Shown here: piece by piece, positions 13,246 through 23,450 of the stretch | Numbering within the stretch: the first letter of the stretch is position 1 | Layout of the letters: each line of letters begins with the position of its first letter | NCBI GenBank assembly: GCA_051530055.1 | Contig: CM121341.1 | Coordinates: forward strand, 9,154,784-9,218,783 | Source: Neoechinorhynchus agilis | Lineage: Eukaryota > Animalia > Acanthocephala | DNA length: 64,000 nucleotides | Direction of reading: 5' to 3' | Program-made: the position numbers and the translations under genes | Notes under the pieces: model-generated | What the model was told of the DNA's origin: nothing | The model's input: only the letters and a program-made list of their open reading frames with translations | The model's database searches: none

Positions 13246-14304
13246 TTAGATGGATAGATTCTCGAGTCCATACTGTCCACGATGGTCCCGGACGTTTCTA
13301 ACTCGGGTGATAGTCGTTGCCAACTCATATAGTTGATCGCCCTATGGATAAAACGACTTATGGAAATGTTATGATCTCTTAAGTTACCTGGTGTTTAATA
13401 AATTCCTCCAAAAATAAAGAAAGATGCCTGTCCTTTTGTTCTTCAGCTTTATCCGCTATTTGTGTGTGGGGTACTTTTGTATTAGATTTTATTTGTTTTA
13501 GCTTGCAACGAGATTTTGAAATGAAATGTGTCGTTTTCTCAAACTTAAAAAATTCAACCTTCCAGGTAAATCAGAATTCTTTTAAAACGTCTTTTCCGTT
13601 TTAAGGCGAACATCTTTTACTTTTTTTTAAAAATCGCGTTAAGTAATCGTCCAATTCTCATATTTCCTGTCGTATCTATAAATTATCTCTGAACAGTAAA
13701 ACGAAATTTGAGATAGAATTATAAGTGTAAGGTAGTGTTTCAAAATTAAAAAACCACAAGTAAAAGTAATTCAAAAAAATCCGTAATAAATTTAGTTTCA
13801 AACGGTAAGAGTTCAACAATATTTTAGCGTCGATTTTTCGATATTGATTAAAAAGCCCGTTAAAGAAAACTTGAGTTAAACTCGCAATAGTTCATAATCG
13901 GCTGATACAAAAGTTCCCCTTAATGAACACATAGACGTCTTGTTCCAATTTGTACGCAATCTCAAAAAGGTTAACGATTCCATCAAATTCTTCGTACTTA
14001 ATTGGACTTGGAATAGGTTCCGCTTCAAATTTCCCATTTCTGAGAATCAGATAGTCCATGAATTTTCTCGCATGAGTTTTCTCCTCATCGGCCTCTTTTC
14101 TGAAATGATGGGCAAAGTTTTCTAATGCCACATCCGATCTCGTACAGTAAAGTGCCTTTGAAAAATTGAAATAACTTGCAAAAGGACGCATGCGAGAATA
14201 CTTACCATTTGTTCGTAGGCATAAGCGGCCGAAAATTCTAAGTTGATTTGCCTGTTCAGAAGATCGTTGCATTCTTTGCTTAGCTGAGTTAAGTTATGCG
14301 ACAT
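13246..14304 (-). CDS. Cytosolic ferritin, paralog 2 (4 exons: 14304-14206, 14155-~13910, 13473-13388, 13341-13246)
   Basis: MSHNLTQLSKECNDLLNRQINLEFSAAYAYEQM|ALYCTRSDVALENFAHHFRKEADEEKTHARKF...|DRHLSLFLEEFIKHQ|GDQLYELATTITRV; same exon layout as paralog 1; the intron 2 donor is not fixed exactly. Confidence 0.88.
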
Positions 14305-14759
14305 CTTAAAAGAGATCTCGAAAAAAGAGACGAGAAGTGCGTATTTATGGAGGATCTTTATGTGAGATTGTGCCTCGTCTAGATTGTTTCGTACGCTATA
14401 CCCGTTTTTGTCCAAACTCCTATAAGAAAGGTTGTATAAAAGATTTAGGGAAATATAAAAGCGAGAAAATGTACCGACTTTCAAATGTACGAAGGCTAAA
14501 GATTTAAAATCTTTATAGCAACCAAAAATAAAACATAGAAAGGGTGTGCATTCCCGGTTTTATGCTCTACTTTTATGGAAGCAGCTGGGTTATTCGCTTT
14601 CGAAAATGTTGTATGCCCAACCTACGGCCTTCGCTTTTATTCCCATATTCACAAAAGTATTTGTTGATTTTAAAGGAGGGCTATGGCCACACATTAATAT
14701 TAGAATAATTTTCAATTAACTCGATTTGAGCACTTGGAGCTATCGGTGGGAAATGTCGG

Positions 14760-14990
14760 GAAAAAAAGAAGCGAAAGGTTGACTCGCAGTGCTGAATTTT
14801 TCAAGAGAAGCGAGTGAATTTGAATTTTTTGTTCGCCCAAAAAGGCCAGAAACCACTGTGTCTCATCTGCAAGAAGAGGGTTGCAGTATTCAAGGAGAAC
14901 CCGGAGTTTTATGCTGAACTGCCATCGGTGAACAGTGTTCTTGTGAACAAACTTTCTCCGTAACGAAGAGAGCAAAACCTGGGTCAAGTT
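14760..14990 (-). mobile_element. Possible degenerate LINE (CR1/L2-like) post-RT fragment
   Basis: LRVLLEYCNPLL resembles the LEYCxPVW motif downstream of CR1/L2-type RT; there is no other support. Confidence 0.3.
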
Positions 14991-15665
14991 CTCGCTTTAC
15001 AAACGACCATCTTTATTCTGTGCTAAAAAACAATGTGACAAATCTAATCCCAAACATTCAGAAACTGGTACGTCTCAAAGAAACAAACATCTCGGATTCT
15101 GAGCACGCTGATTATTGCCTTTTCAATTCTAAGCAAATAAACTAATTTAACAAATATTCAAAATTTCCGCAAACGTTGTGGACGGCGAAAAAGGTTAAGC
15201 ACCGCAGCTGTAAGGCATCTTCCAAATTGAATTTTGCCCCTGCCAAATCTAATCAACTTTAGAATGAAATTTCAGGAAGCGAAAGATTTTGTACACGTAT
15301 AATATTATGATTTTTTTGAAGATGTTCTTCAATTCTGTATAAAATTCACCATTATTCATTTTTAGAACACAGATTTCATTCTCTAGATTAAATTCTTAAA
15401 CTAATCTGACAAATCTCAAGAGTAAACGTTCTGCTGATATTGTCAAAACGAGTAGTATTCATTTATTGGAATAAGAAACCTAGGTCCTCATAACTTCCAG
15501 AATTGTGTCTAATTGAAACAAAAACCCTATGTGCTGTTCAAGTCGATTCACAAGAAAGCAAAAAGTACAAACAAGTTTTCCACCTCACAAATACACTGAA
15601 TCGTTAAGTAAAAGTAGGGTTTTTTGTGGTCGAATAAAAACCTTACTAAGTTCGTTGTAAAAAAT

Positions 15666-16232
15666 CTAAAGAGTGCATTCGGAATAGAAGAGAAAAACAA
15701 CGGAGTTCGCGAACACAGACAAAGACGTGAGTACTACTGACTCACGTAGTCGGCTGATAAACACTACGAGAAGTCTCAAACCCTTACGTGGCATTGAATC
15801 ACCTCGGGAAATCAAAACTTGTTTTCCATGCGTATATTTGCAAATACTGATCATTGATCGATTAAAGAGGTCCAAAAGCTATCCAAATGGTCTTGTTCCA
15901 GTCCTAAGAATGAGAAGGCGATGCGAATCCAAACATCCGCGACTGCCAACGAAGCAGTACGCAATTAATGAGATGTACTCTTCGGTGTATAAGTCTTGTG
16001 CTGATGTAAATGTAGCGGAATGTCGCTTAGGTTCGACCAAAAAAATCCCAGGTAATCGCTGATTTAGGAAATCGAGCTGAGAAATAAATGTGATAGTAAA
16101 GGTCTTTTTATCGTATTCATGCTTAGATTTGTACCATTTTTCGTTAATGGACGAAATGCGGTTCTGTCTCTGATTTCCATCCGTGAAGGTCGCTTTTTTC
16201 GACCAATACACTAATATATCAAATAAGCCCAT
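15666..16232 (-). CDS. Possible unidentified coding region or pseudogene
   Basis: Two same-frame ORFs (117 and 69 aa) separated by a single TAG; no recognisable domain. Confidence 0.2.
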
Positions 16233-16289
16233 TTATAAAATAGTATTTTATCAAAAAATTCATCCTACTTTCTTCAAATCAATGTTTTT

Positions 16290-17190
16290 GTTGCGATTAA
16301 TTTGTAATGACCGATAAACGACGTTTCCACGAGAAATATTTCATTTCACTAAAATCCGTTTTATTTGGGCCGGGGGATCATGATCACAACAACTTCAATT
16401 CAATAATCCCGACGGATTTTCTATCGACGATACCGGAATTGGAGATGAGGCGATAATAATCTCGGGATAAAACGTATTTTATTGAAATATTTTGCGAAGT
16501 CGATTGGATTAATTTTTAATGACAGATAAACGAGGTTTCCACGAGAAATATTTCATTTCATTAAAATACCTTTTATCTGGGCCGGGGTATTACGATCACA
16601 ACAACTTCAATTCCATAATCCCTAGTGATTTTCTCTCGACGATACTGGAATTGGAGATGAGGTGATAATAATCTCCGGATAAAGCGCATTTTATTGAAAT
16701 ATTTTGCGATGTCGATTTGATTAATTTTTAATGACAGATAAACGAGGTTTCCACGAGAAATATTTCATTTCACTAAATTGCGTTTTATCTGGGCCGGGGG
16801 ATTACGATCACATCAACTTCAATTCCATAATCCCGGCGGATTTTCTCTCGACGATACCGGAATTGGAGATGAGGTGATCATAATCCCCTAATAATCTCGG
16901 ATAAAGATTTTATTGAATATTTTGCGAGTCGATTGATTAATTTTTAATGACAGATAAACGAGGTTTCCACGAGAAATATTTCATTTCACTAAATTGCGTT
17001 TTATCTGGGCCGGGGGGTTACGATCACATCAACTTCAATTCCATAATCCCTGGTATTGGCGGATTTTCTCTCGACGATACCGGAATTGGAGATGAGGTGA
17101 TCATAATCCCCGGATAAAGCGTATTTTATTGAAATATTTTGCGAAGTCGATTGGATTAATTTGTAATGAAAGATAAACGAGATTTCCCCG
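16290..17190. repeat. Tandem repeat, ~212-bp unit, about 4.2 copies, each with an internal inverted repeat
   Basis: ttccacgagaaatatttc at 16325, 16537, 16749 and 16965; within a unit, cggggattacgatcacatcaacttcaattcc pairs with ggaattggagatgaggtgatcataatccccg. Confidence 0.9.
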
Positions 17191-17533
17191 GCGAGTGCCA
17201 ACCGATTTATGTTACTTTAGTTTTGCGCGAGCGATTGTTTGGCGTCAAAGCTGATACGGTTGTGTGTCTGTGAAATTCGCGATCGACAAAGATTATTTTC
17301 TTTCAAATAAAATCTTTTTTGTTCAACAACGTACACTCGTCAACTAATCGAACTTTCTCGATCACCATTTGTTTGGGTGGCAATGTGCCTCGTAAGTTCA
17401 ATGGCCTCCTCGTAAGTTGGAGGCGATGCAAATCTCCGTCCATTGAAAACTCGTAGTCTTCTCAATCCCCTGTTATTAGCAGTGCTTGTGACCATTTGTT
17501 CATTCAATCCTCTGATTGTACGTCTTCTTAACC

Positions 17534-17758
17534 TTAATTTTTTTTAGACACAAGATCATTGGCCTCAGAAAACACTTGCCATAATAAATAGGTGAAGAAG
17601 ATAAGACAGAAAATCAGCACAAGACTGAGCAATATAACGTCGGAATCTGACCAATATTTTTCTTTTGAATATAAATGTTCGATTGAATTGGAGTTCACTA
17701 TTGTCGATAACATTGATCGTGAGTCTTCACTACTACAACTACGACGACGCCCAATCAC
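17534..17758 (-). CDS. Possible small single-pass membrane protein or terminal exon
   Basis: 74-codon ORF with one clean hydrophobic helix (VILLSLVLIFCLIFFTYLLWQVF); no family recognised. Confidence 0.25.
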   Translation of the reverse strand: MIGRRRSCSSEDSRSMLSTIVNSNSIEHLYSKEKYWSDSDVILLSLVLIFCLIFFTYLLWQVFSEANDLVSKKN

Positions 17759-18761
17759 TGAGCATGTGTAAAAAACGTTTTACGCGGCCTATAAACACGG
17801 TGTTTTTAATAGTTTGAAACTTCACTAGAGGTTGATTTCGACACGGACAATTGGGTTGGGCGACGTATACGAGATGCGGAAATGTCTCTTGTCTCAGAGA
17901 TCTACAACCACTAGAAGACTCCATGTTGTTCTCGAAGGATCACATATTGATCAAAGTTACACATTGGTGATTAAGTCTCTACAAATGGAGATATTCCGGA
18001 AAATGAGACAAAATTGTCCTAAGTCTTAGCAGAAAAAGAATGGAATTACTATTCATAAGAAAACACATCCTGTCACACGGGAAAGCAGATTTCGTGGAAT
18101 TTCATTTCCTACTTAGTTTTGCATTAACGAAAATAGTAGGTCGATTAAATCATGGTCTAAGAGTTGAAACCAAAAGAACGAATGCTCTCAGATTCAGTTT
18201 TAAATCCGTCTTATTCGCCATTCAACTGTTTCAACCTGACGAATAAATTTGGCCGCAATTGTAAAGCGCCATCGCATTTGGACTCACTTCACACCGAAAT
18301 TGCGGCGCTTTCGATATCCATTAAGTGGCCTTTTGTATCACCTCTCTTAACTCCGCCAAAGACGGTCCCAAGCCCGGCTCAAAAAGGAAGAGGGTTGGCG
18401 CCAGGAAGGGCATCCGACTGTAAAATTCTTGCCAAATTTTGACCCAAATTACAATGAACGAATCTACCTCGCCCGGAGCTTGTGTTAAATCATTAATAAA
18501 GTTTCGAAATGCGAAGCTGATCACATACTGCGCAGCTCGGGCCGACGAGGAAGGCCGAGGAAACAATAGATTGCATTAAACCGGATAAATTAGTTGTCGA
18601 GGGAACCTCTCGAGAGAGAAATGCGTGAGTGACAAGGAAGTTGTATTACCTCTCCACAGAGCATATTTTTTCTTTTTTCCAAATTGTTTAGCCGACATTG
18701 GAATATTTCTAGCGCACCTTTGCTAACATGTTCGTTTCTTTTTTAAAGCACCAAAACATTC

Positions 18762-19011
18762 AATGGACCGTGCACTCATAGAATCACAAAGCAATACATC
18801 AAGTTTTATAAAAAATAGACACTTGACAGATATTTCCGTGTGCTTTGGCCGTCTTACAATTTCTTCAAGAATTGGTAAAGCTTTTAGAAATAAATAACTC
18901 CCATGAAAATAAAGATTTTTTTTATCATACAAACAGCCCGAGTGTCCATTTTCGAAAACAAAACTTGATGTATTGCTTTGTGGTTCTATGAGTGCACGAT
19001 CCATTGAATGT
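18762..19011. repeat. Inverted repeat with ~50-bp arms (MITE-like)
   Basis: acattcaatggaccgtgcactcatagaatcacaaagcaatacatcaagttt versus aaacttgatgtattgctttgtggttctatgagtgcacgatccattgaatgt. Confidence 0.75.
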
Positions 19012-19409
19012 ATAACGCGAAAGGAGCAGAGTTATCGACGGACATTGCCCCCCCCTCATTGATCACAATGGCACCCACCCATTGAGTATAAAATGGTCAG
19101 GATTAAGTCGCTGTTTTTATGGTGCAATCGAGATATTGCTCCAACCATGAGTCCGTCAACGTTGAGTTAGAAACATGCTAAAAGGAACTTCTCGTCGACG
19201 GATGGTGCACCTATGAAGGTCCTCCTCTTCTACTGCTTTCATAAAATACTCTGGAACTAACCTTTTTTATCATACGGATTGGGTAGTCCTTTCCTTTGTG
19301 CATTAGTCAGCTAGAAACAGTGGAAGGGAATCCCCAATAAATCAAATATGTGATGAATGGTTGATTATTTTCACCAAAAAAGTATATTTTTAGACCTTGA
19401 TTTAGGGCA

Positions 19410-19660
19410 CGCGATTGTGCCTCTGAAATGTAGGACTTCGGTTATTTTTTTCCATTTCAAAAGAAGGTTTGTTTATGGTGGAACAATTGAAGGAATTTAT
19501 TAAGTCTGACATTTCGAAGGCAGTCTTATGCTCTCTAGAATGTTGCTTACACAGTAAAAAAATCAACGTAGAAGCAACCTTCTAGAAAGGCACACGATTG
19601 TGCCTCCGAAATGTCGGACTTAATAAATTCCTTCAATTTTTTCGTCATAAGCATAATAGA
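19410..19660. mobile_element. Remnant termini of the foldback/TIR family also seen at 51.9, 61.6 and 63.3 kb
   Basis: ggcac..gattgtgcctc(c/t)gaaatgt(c/a)ggactt at ~19415 and ~19590; the reverse complement aattgaaggaatttattaagtctgacatttcg lies at ~19490-19520. Confidence 0.65.
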
Positions 19661-20034
19661 GATTAATTCTGTTTCACACAATATTTCGTCCACTTTGTCG
19701 GACTTCCTCAGTTTGTAAATTGTTGTTAAAGGGAAATAATAAATTAATCTCCATAGATCACAAAACAAAATGAATCCATGAACAACTTGTTTACAATTTA
19801 TAAAAGTGTTTTAAATACACCCGGAGTTAAAAGATATGAACGTATTGTGTTTTTAAGAAAAGGTTTTGGTGAAGGATTACAAGGACCAAAAATCAACTCA
19901 AGTTTTTGCAATTAAGGAAAGATAATTGAAGAGCGCTCAAATGTAGAAATGTAATAAGGTTGGAAAACAAAGTAATGAATTAATCAAAGGCACGTAGCTC
20001 AAATCGTTTTGGATAAATTATTTAATAATGAACA

Positions 20035-20420
20035 TTCACACCACCGCCTTTCTGGATCACTCAGCTGCCGTCCTGGTGTAACGGTCGAAAGGAAGGATTC
20101 AGCGTTCCCTCCCATTGTAGAGTTGGACTTATGTTTTGTTGGAGGAATGCTCCTGATCTCGGATCGCCAGTGATTCATCTCAATCTCCTGGACAATTCCT
20201 TTACCAAGTTCTGCGCCGCAATACCAAACGACCAGAGCGTCACGACGCCAAAGGGAACAAAATAATGATTTCGACTAAGGTCCCTGTATTTGGTCTTTTT
20301 GCGGTCCTCCGCGGCGGTCACTGCACCCCCTCCGTTCGCCACGGGAATACGGTAACACCGTCCGATCTACGACGGCTATCGATTCGGCAAACGGCAGCGA
20401 TGTGCACATCAATTCTCATG
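20035..20420 (+). mobile_element. Dispersed GC-rich repeat family 2 (SINE-like, unclassified)
   Basis: Shares acggtcgaaagga..gacttatgttttgt(t/a)ggagg and gcggtcctccgcggcggt..acgggaatacggt.acaccgtccgatctacg with 30405-30540, 34165-34480, 50045-50165 and 54680-54960. Confidence 0.7.
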
Positions 20421-20692
20421 GACACTTCAATCCCTACTGTCTCGTCTGAGAGAAGGGTACCGATCCGCAATTCCAGCTTTATCCTTGTGCGTCAAAGATC
20501 GTTACAAAGCGTTTTATCGTGTGTGTTCAACGGCTTCATACAAAACCTGTTCGCCTCTACAGAAACGAAACCTGATAAATCGTTTAAGTTTGCTAATGAC
20601 GTAATTCGTATTTAAAAGCGCGCTATTGGAAAGAAAGACATTTGTTAAATATTTAAATGACCGATATATTTCAAAAGTTAGTCCGGGTGGAA

Positions 20693-21609
20693 ATGTCCGA
20701 TTGGATACATTGTAATGTTTGTTATGGTCAGCCGGGCGCAAGTCCCGGGCTGCGGTACTTTGCTACAAACTGTGGTCATTTGTACTGTCAGAAATGTGTG
20801 GATACTTTGAATGGCAAGTGTCGTATTTGCGGCTTAAGTGGATGTTCGGTGTTTCGTTTATCGAGCCGAATGAATCCGGAAGTTGAAAGGTTCTTTACTG
20901 ATCCTCGTGAACTAGTTAAACGCAATGCTCGTGAGATGAGTGACGTCATCGCTCGGTATCAGAAGTCCTTGTTGGAAGTACTTGCGTTTCAACGGAATCA
21001 CCGAAATCGTCTAAACACTCATCGGACCCATCAATTAACTAATAATCGAGCATTAGACGAATCCAAGTGGTTGGATAAAGTTGAAAGTCTTAAAAACGAA
21101 AACGTCCGTTTAAAGGAGCTTGTTCAAAATCATGTTGTTCACGATACAATTAGCGTCACTAGCGGCGGAAGTGCTCATTTTCTAAGCAACATCGGCCGTG
21201 AGACTCCGTGTTCGTCGAAGTGTAGAGAACAATCACCGCCTCCTTGTCTTCGTCGTGCTCGAGGACGACAATCAACACCTCCACGAGTACTTAAAGATCG
21301 TAACTTTACTTTTTGTCCTTTCCCTAAAAATAGTCGATCGCGACATGCCGCTGATTCGTCCATTCGTTACTCACGGTTGTGATTTTTTTAAAGATGGTCG
21401 TTCCTTCCGAAGACTATTATTATGTTCGTCAGCTCGTTGAAAAGTTGATTCCGGGTCTGAATTCATCCGATTCTTCGGATGGTTCCGAGAGCAGCAGTGA
21501 CGATGAGAATGTGGAATCTTGTGAGCCACATAATGGACATAAGAAAGTTTCGTTAAAGCGACCACGGTCAAACACTTCTCAGTCCTCGTCAATGAATCAG
21601 ACCCATTGA
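20693..21609 (+). CDS. RNF212: RNF212/ZHP-3/Zip3-family meiotic RING E3 ligase
   Basis: MSDWIHCNVC...TNCGHLYCQKC...KCRIC, then NPEVERFFTDP and LLEVLAFQRNHRNRL coiled coil. The Ser-rich tail to 21609 is reachable through two short predicted introns (~21300-21333 and ~21366-21393), which are uncertain. Confidence 0.82.
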
Positions 21610-21821
21610 GACGTTCTCTGTTGGATCTTTATTAAATCAATCGTCAATGATTTTTTAAAGGGATACACAATTAACGGGCTTTTTTATTATTAAAAGCGTT
21701 CTCGATGAACATCGTAACGGCTTTTACGGGCGGATGACTCACAAATCGATATTATGACATATTTCATTTTTAAGTTTTTACTGGCAAGCCGGTATTGTTA
21801 TGATCATTCAATTTTAGTCAA

Positions 21822-21962
21822 TCCCTTTCTTGTCCGGCTTATTTTTTTAGGCATAAAGCCAAACCAATTACATCAGAGAAGTGATACAACCACATAGTTT
21901 CTGATGCACGGTTAAGAGTTTGTACATTCCTCCGGATCCTCAGATACCTCCAGGAGGCGGGA
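21822..21962 (-). mobile_element. 5'-truncated copy of the hammerhead-motif SINE-like family (3' body and tail only)
   Basis: Near-exact reverse complement of 22445-22580; stops at gcggga, before the CUGAUGA motif. Confidence 0.8.
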
Positions 21963-22106
21963 TAAACTAAAATTTAAAAATGATAACAATACCGGCTTGC
22001 CAGTAAAAACTTAAAAATGAAATATGTCATAATATCGATTTGTGAGTAATCCGCCCATAAATCACTAATGATAAAGCCGTTACGAATGCACTGAACCACC
22101 CGGTAC

Positions 22107-22304
22107 GAGTTTGTACATTCCTCCGGATCCTCAGATACCTCCAGGAGGCGGGACTCATCAGTGAGTTTCCTCCCTTCGGCGGTATTTCGTCCCATTTGGC
22201 CGTGCGTCATTGGTGGTAACGGATTCGAACCACTTGACCCCTAATCGGGATCACGGGCATTGGTCCACTTGACCACCTCGACACAACTACGAAATGTCAA
22301 ACTC
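22107..22304 (-). mobile_element. Best-preserved copy (A) of the tRNA-headed SINE-like element
   Basis: A-box TGGTCAAGTGG (22275-22265) and B-box GGTTCGAATCC (22231-22221), then hammerhead motifs; bounded by the inverted repeat gagtttg(t)acatt / aatgt(a)caaactc. Confidence 0.8.
22125..22198 (-). ncRNA. Putative hammerhead ribozyme with non-canonical strand order
   Basis: GGGAC-GAAA-UACC (22193-22181), GGAAACUCA-CUGAUGA-GUCCC (22170-22150), GGUAUC-UGAGGAUCC (22139-22125). Stems II (GUCCC/GGGAC), III (AUACC/GGUAU) and I (CUCA/UGAG plus GGA/UCC) are all complementary. Confidence 0.6.
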
Positions 22305-22361
22305 AGCCAGTTCATCGGCTCAGGGATAGCGCCGTGTTCTATATTTTTAAGTTTTTACTGG

Positions 22362-22580
22362 AAGTGGTTCGAATCCGTTACCACCAATGACGCACAGCGA
22401 AAGGGGACGAAATATCGCTGAAGGGAGGAAACTCACTGATTAGTCCCGCCTCCTGGAGGTATCTGGTAATCCGGAGGAATGTACAAACTCTTAACCGTGC
22501 ATCAGAAACTATGTGGTTGTATCACTTCTCTGATGTAATCGGTTTGGCTTTATGCCTAAATAAATAAGCCGGACAAAGGG
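22362..22580 (+). mobile_element. Copy B of the SINE-like family, 5'-truncated just before the B-box, core mutated (CUGAUUA)
   Basis: gtggttcgaatccgttaccaccaatgacgcac..ggggacgaaatatc..ggaaactcactgattagtcccgcctcctggaggtatctgg..ggaatgtacaaactc plus tail. Confidence 0.8.
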
Positions 22581-22629
22581 ATAAACTAAATTTTTTTAAA
22601 GATACGACATATCTGATTGCAATATTAAG

Positions 22630-23340
22630 AAGAAGATGGTGAAAAATGTCCGGTGCTATAAGACGGTCAATCTGTTGAGTAAACATTCATATAACAAGCC
22701 AATATTGCTGGAAATGTTTCGTTATTCTCACCAATTAGTAAGATTTTCCGAGTTAAAAAGTAGAAATATTCACGACTATTTACTCATGGCTAAAGATGCT
22801 CAGGTTCGTGATCCGAGGTTTATTCGCCAACGTAAAGTCCAAAATGCTTTCTCCCTCTGGATTTGGGGTTTCAAAGCCTCTTCCACCGTATGACCCTTGA
22901 GAGCTCCATATATTATACATCTTTTTTCCTTGATTTCATGGACCACATCATATAGATCTTCTCAAAACTGGCATTTCTCCTGCTGTGTGAGTCCCAAGAA
23001 ACGATCACCAAGCATTGCAATCTATGATCTATCCGCATTATCCCATCAATTCTATGACTTCATATGCATGTTTATCACACTCAAGACAATTCCAACTCCA
23101 TTTCGACCAAAAATTGCTTAAAGCCATCTCTAATGTTTTTTCTCCTTTCCATTTCAGCTCATGGACACATAGAAGACATTCAATCCTCCATTTCTTCATT
23201 GATTTACCCGCAATTGTTCCGACGTGGATCCAACTCTCCGTTTTCGTTCGCGTATGGGTCTTTGTCCAATTCACAGAGATCGGACCTCATTTATCCGGGA
23301 TTAGGACCGGCACCGAGTTTCCTCGGGGCTGGGTTGTTGT
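22630..23340 (-). mobile_element. RTE-clade LINE 5' remnant (5' UTR plus degenerate apurinic endonuclease)
   Basis: HVGTIAGKS..IECLLCVHELKWKGEKT resembles RTE APE NVGTxxGKS..LCVQETKWKG; later DCNAW, GGRGFETPNPEGESILDFTLANKPRITN and QQIDRLI follow in APE order, with stops. Confidence 0.78.
23283..23340 (-). ncRNA. Decayed twister (type P1-like) ribozyme at the RTE 5' end
   Basis: UGCCGGUCCUAAUCCCGGAUAAA (23312-23290) matches the rice twister core as I recall it (UGCCGGUCCCAAGCCCGGAUAAA) at 21 of 23 nt. It is preceded by GC and a CCGAG-GAAA-CUCGG P3 hairpin and followed by GAGG. The catalytic G reads U and the P2 3' strand appears deleted. Confidence 0.6.
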
Positions 23341-23450
23341 TGAAGTACTACCGAAATAGGGAATAACAATGAGGAAATGCTTCCCTTAAGCGAACCCCGA
23401 GATATGAATAAAGAAGTCATCAAGTGCAAAACTTTACAGCCTTTTTGTTT

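Noticed and set aside
18040-18570. RT/RNase H-like words (FINDL, GVKRGD, ASD) in GC-richer DNA
   Set aside because: The motifs fall in different frames and strands and in the wrong order; not enough to call an element.
22205-22290. Functional tRNA genes at 22.2 and 23.7 kb
   Set aside because: A and B boxes and a T-arm are present, but I cannot form an acceptor stem or anticodon arm; they are SINE heads.
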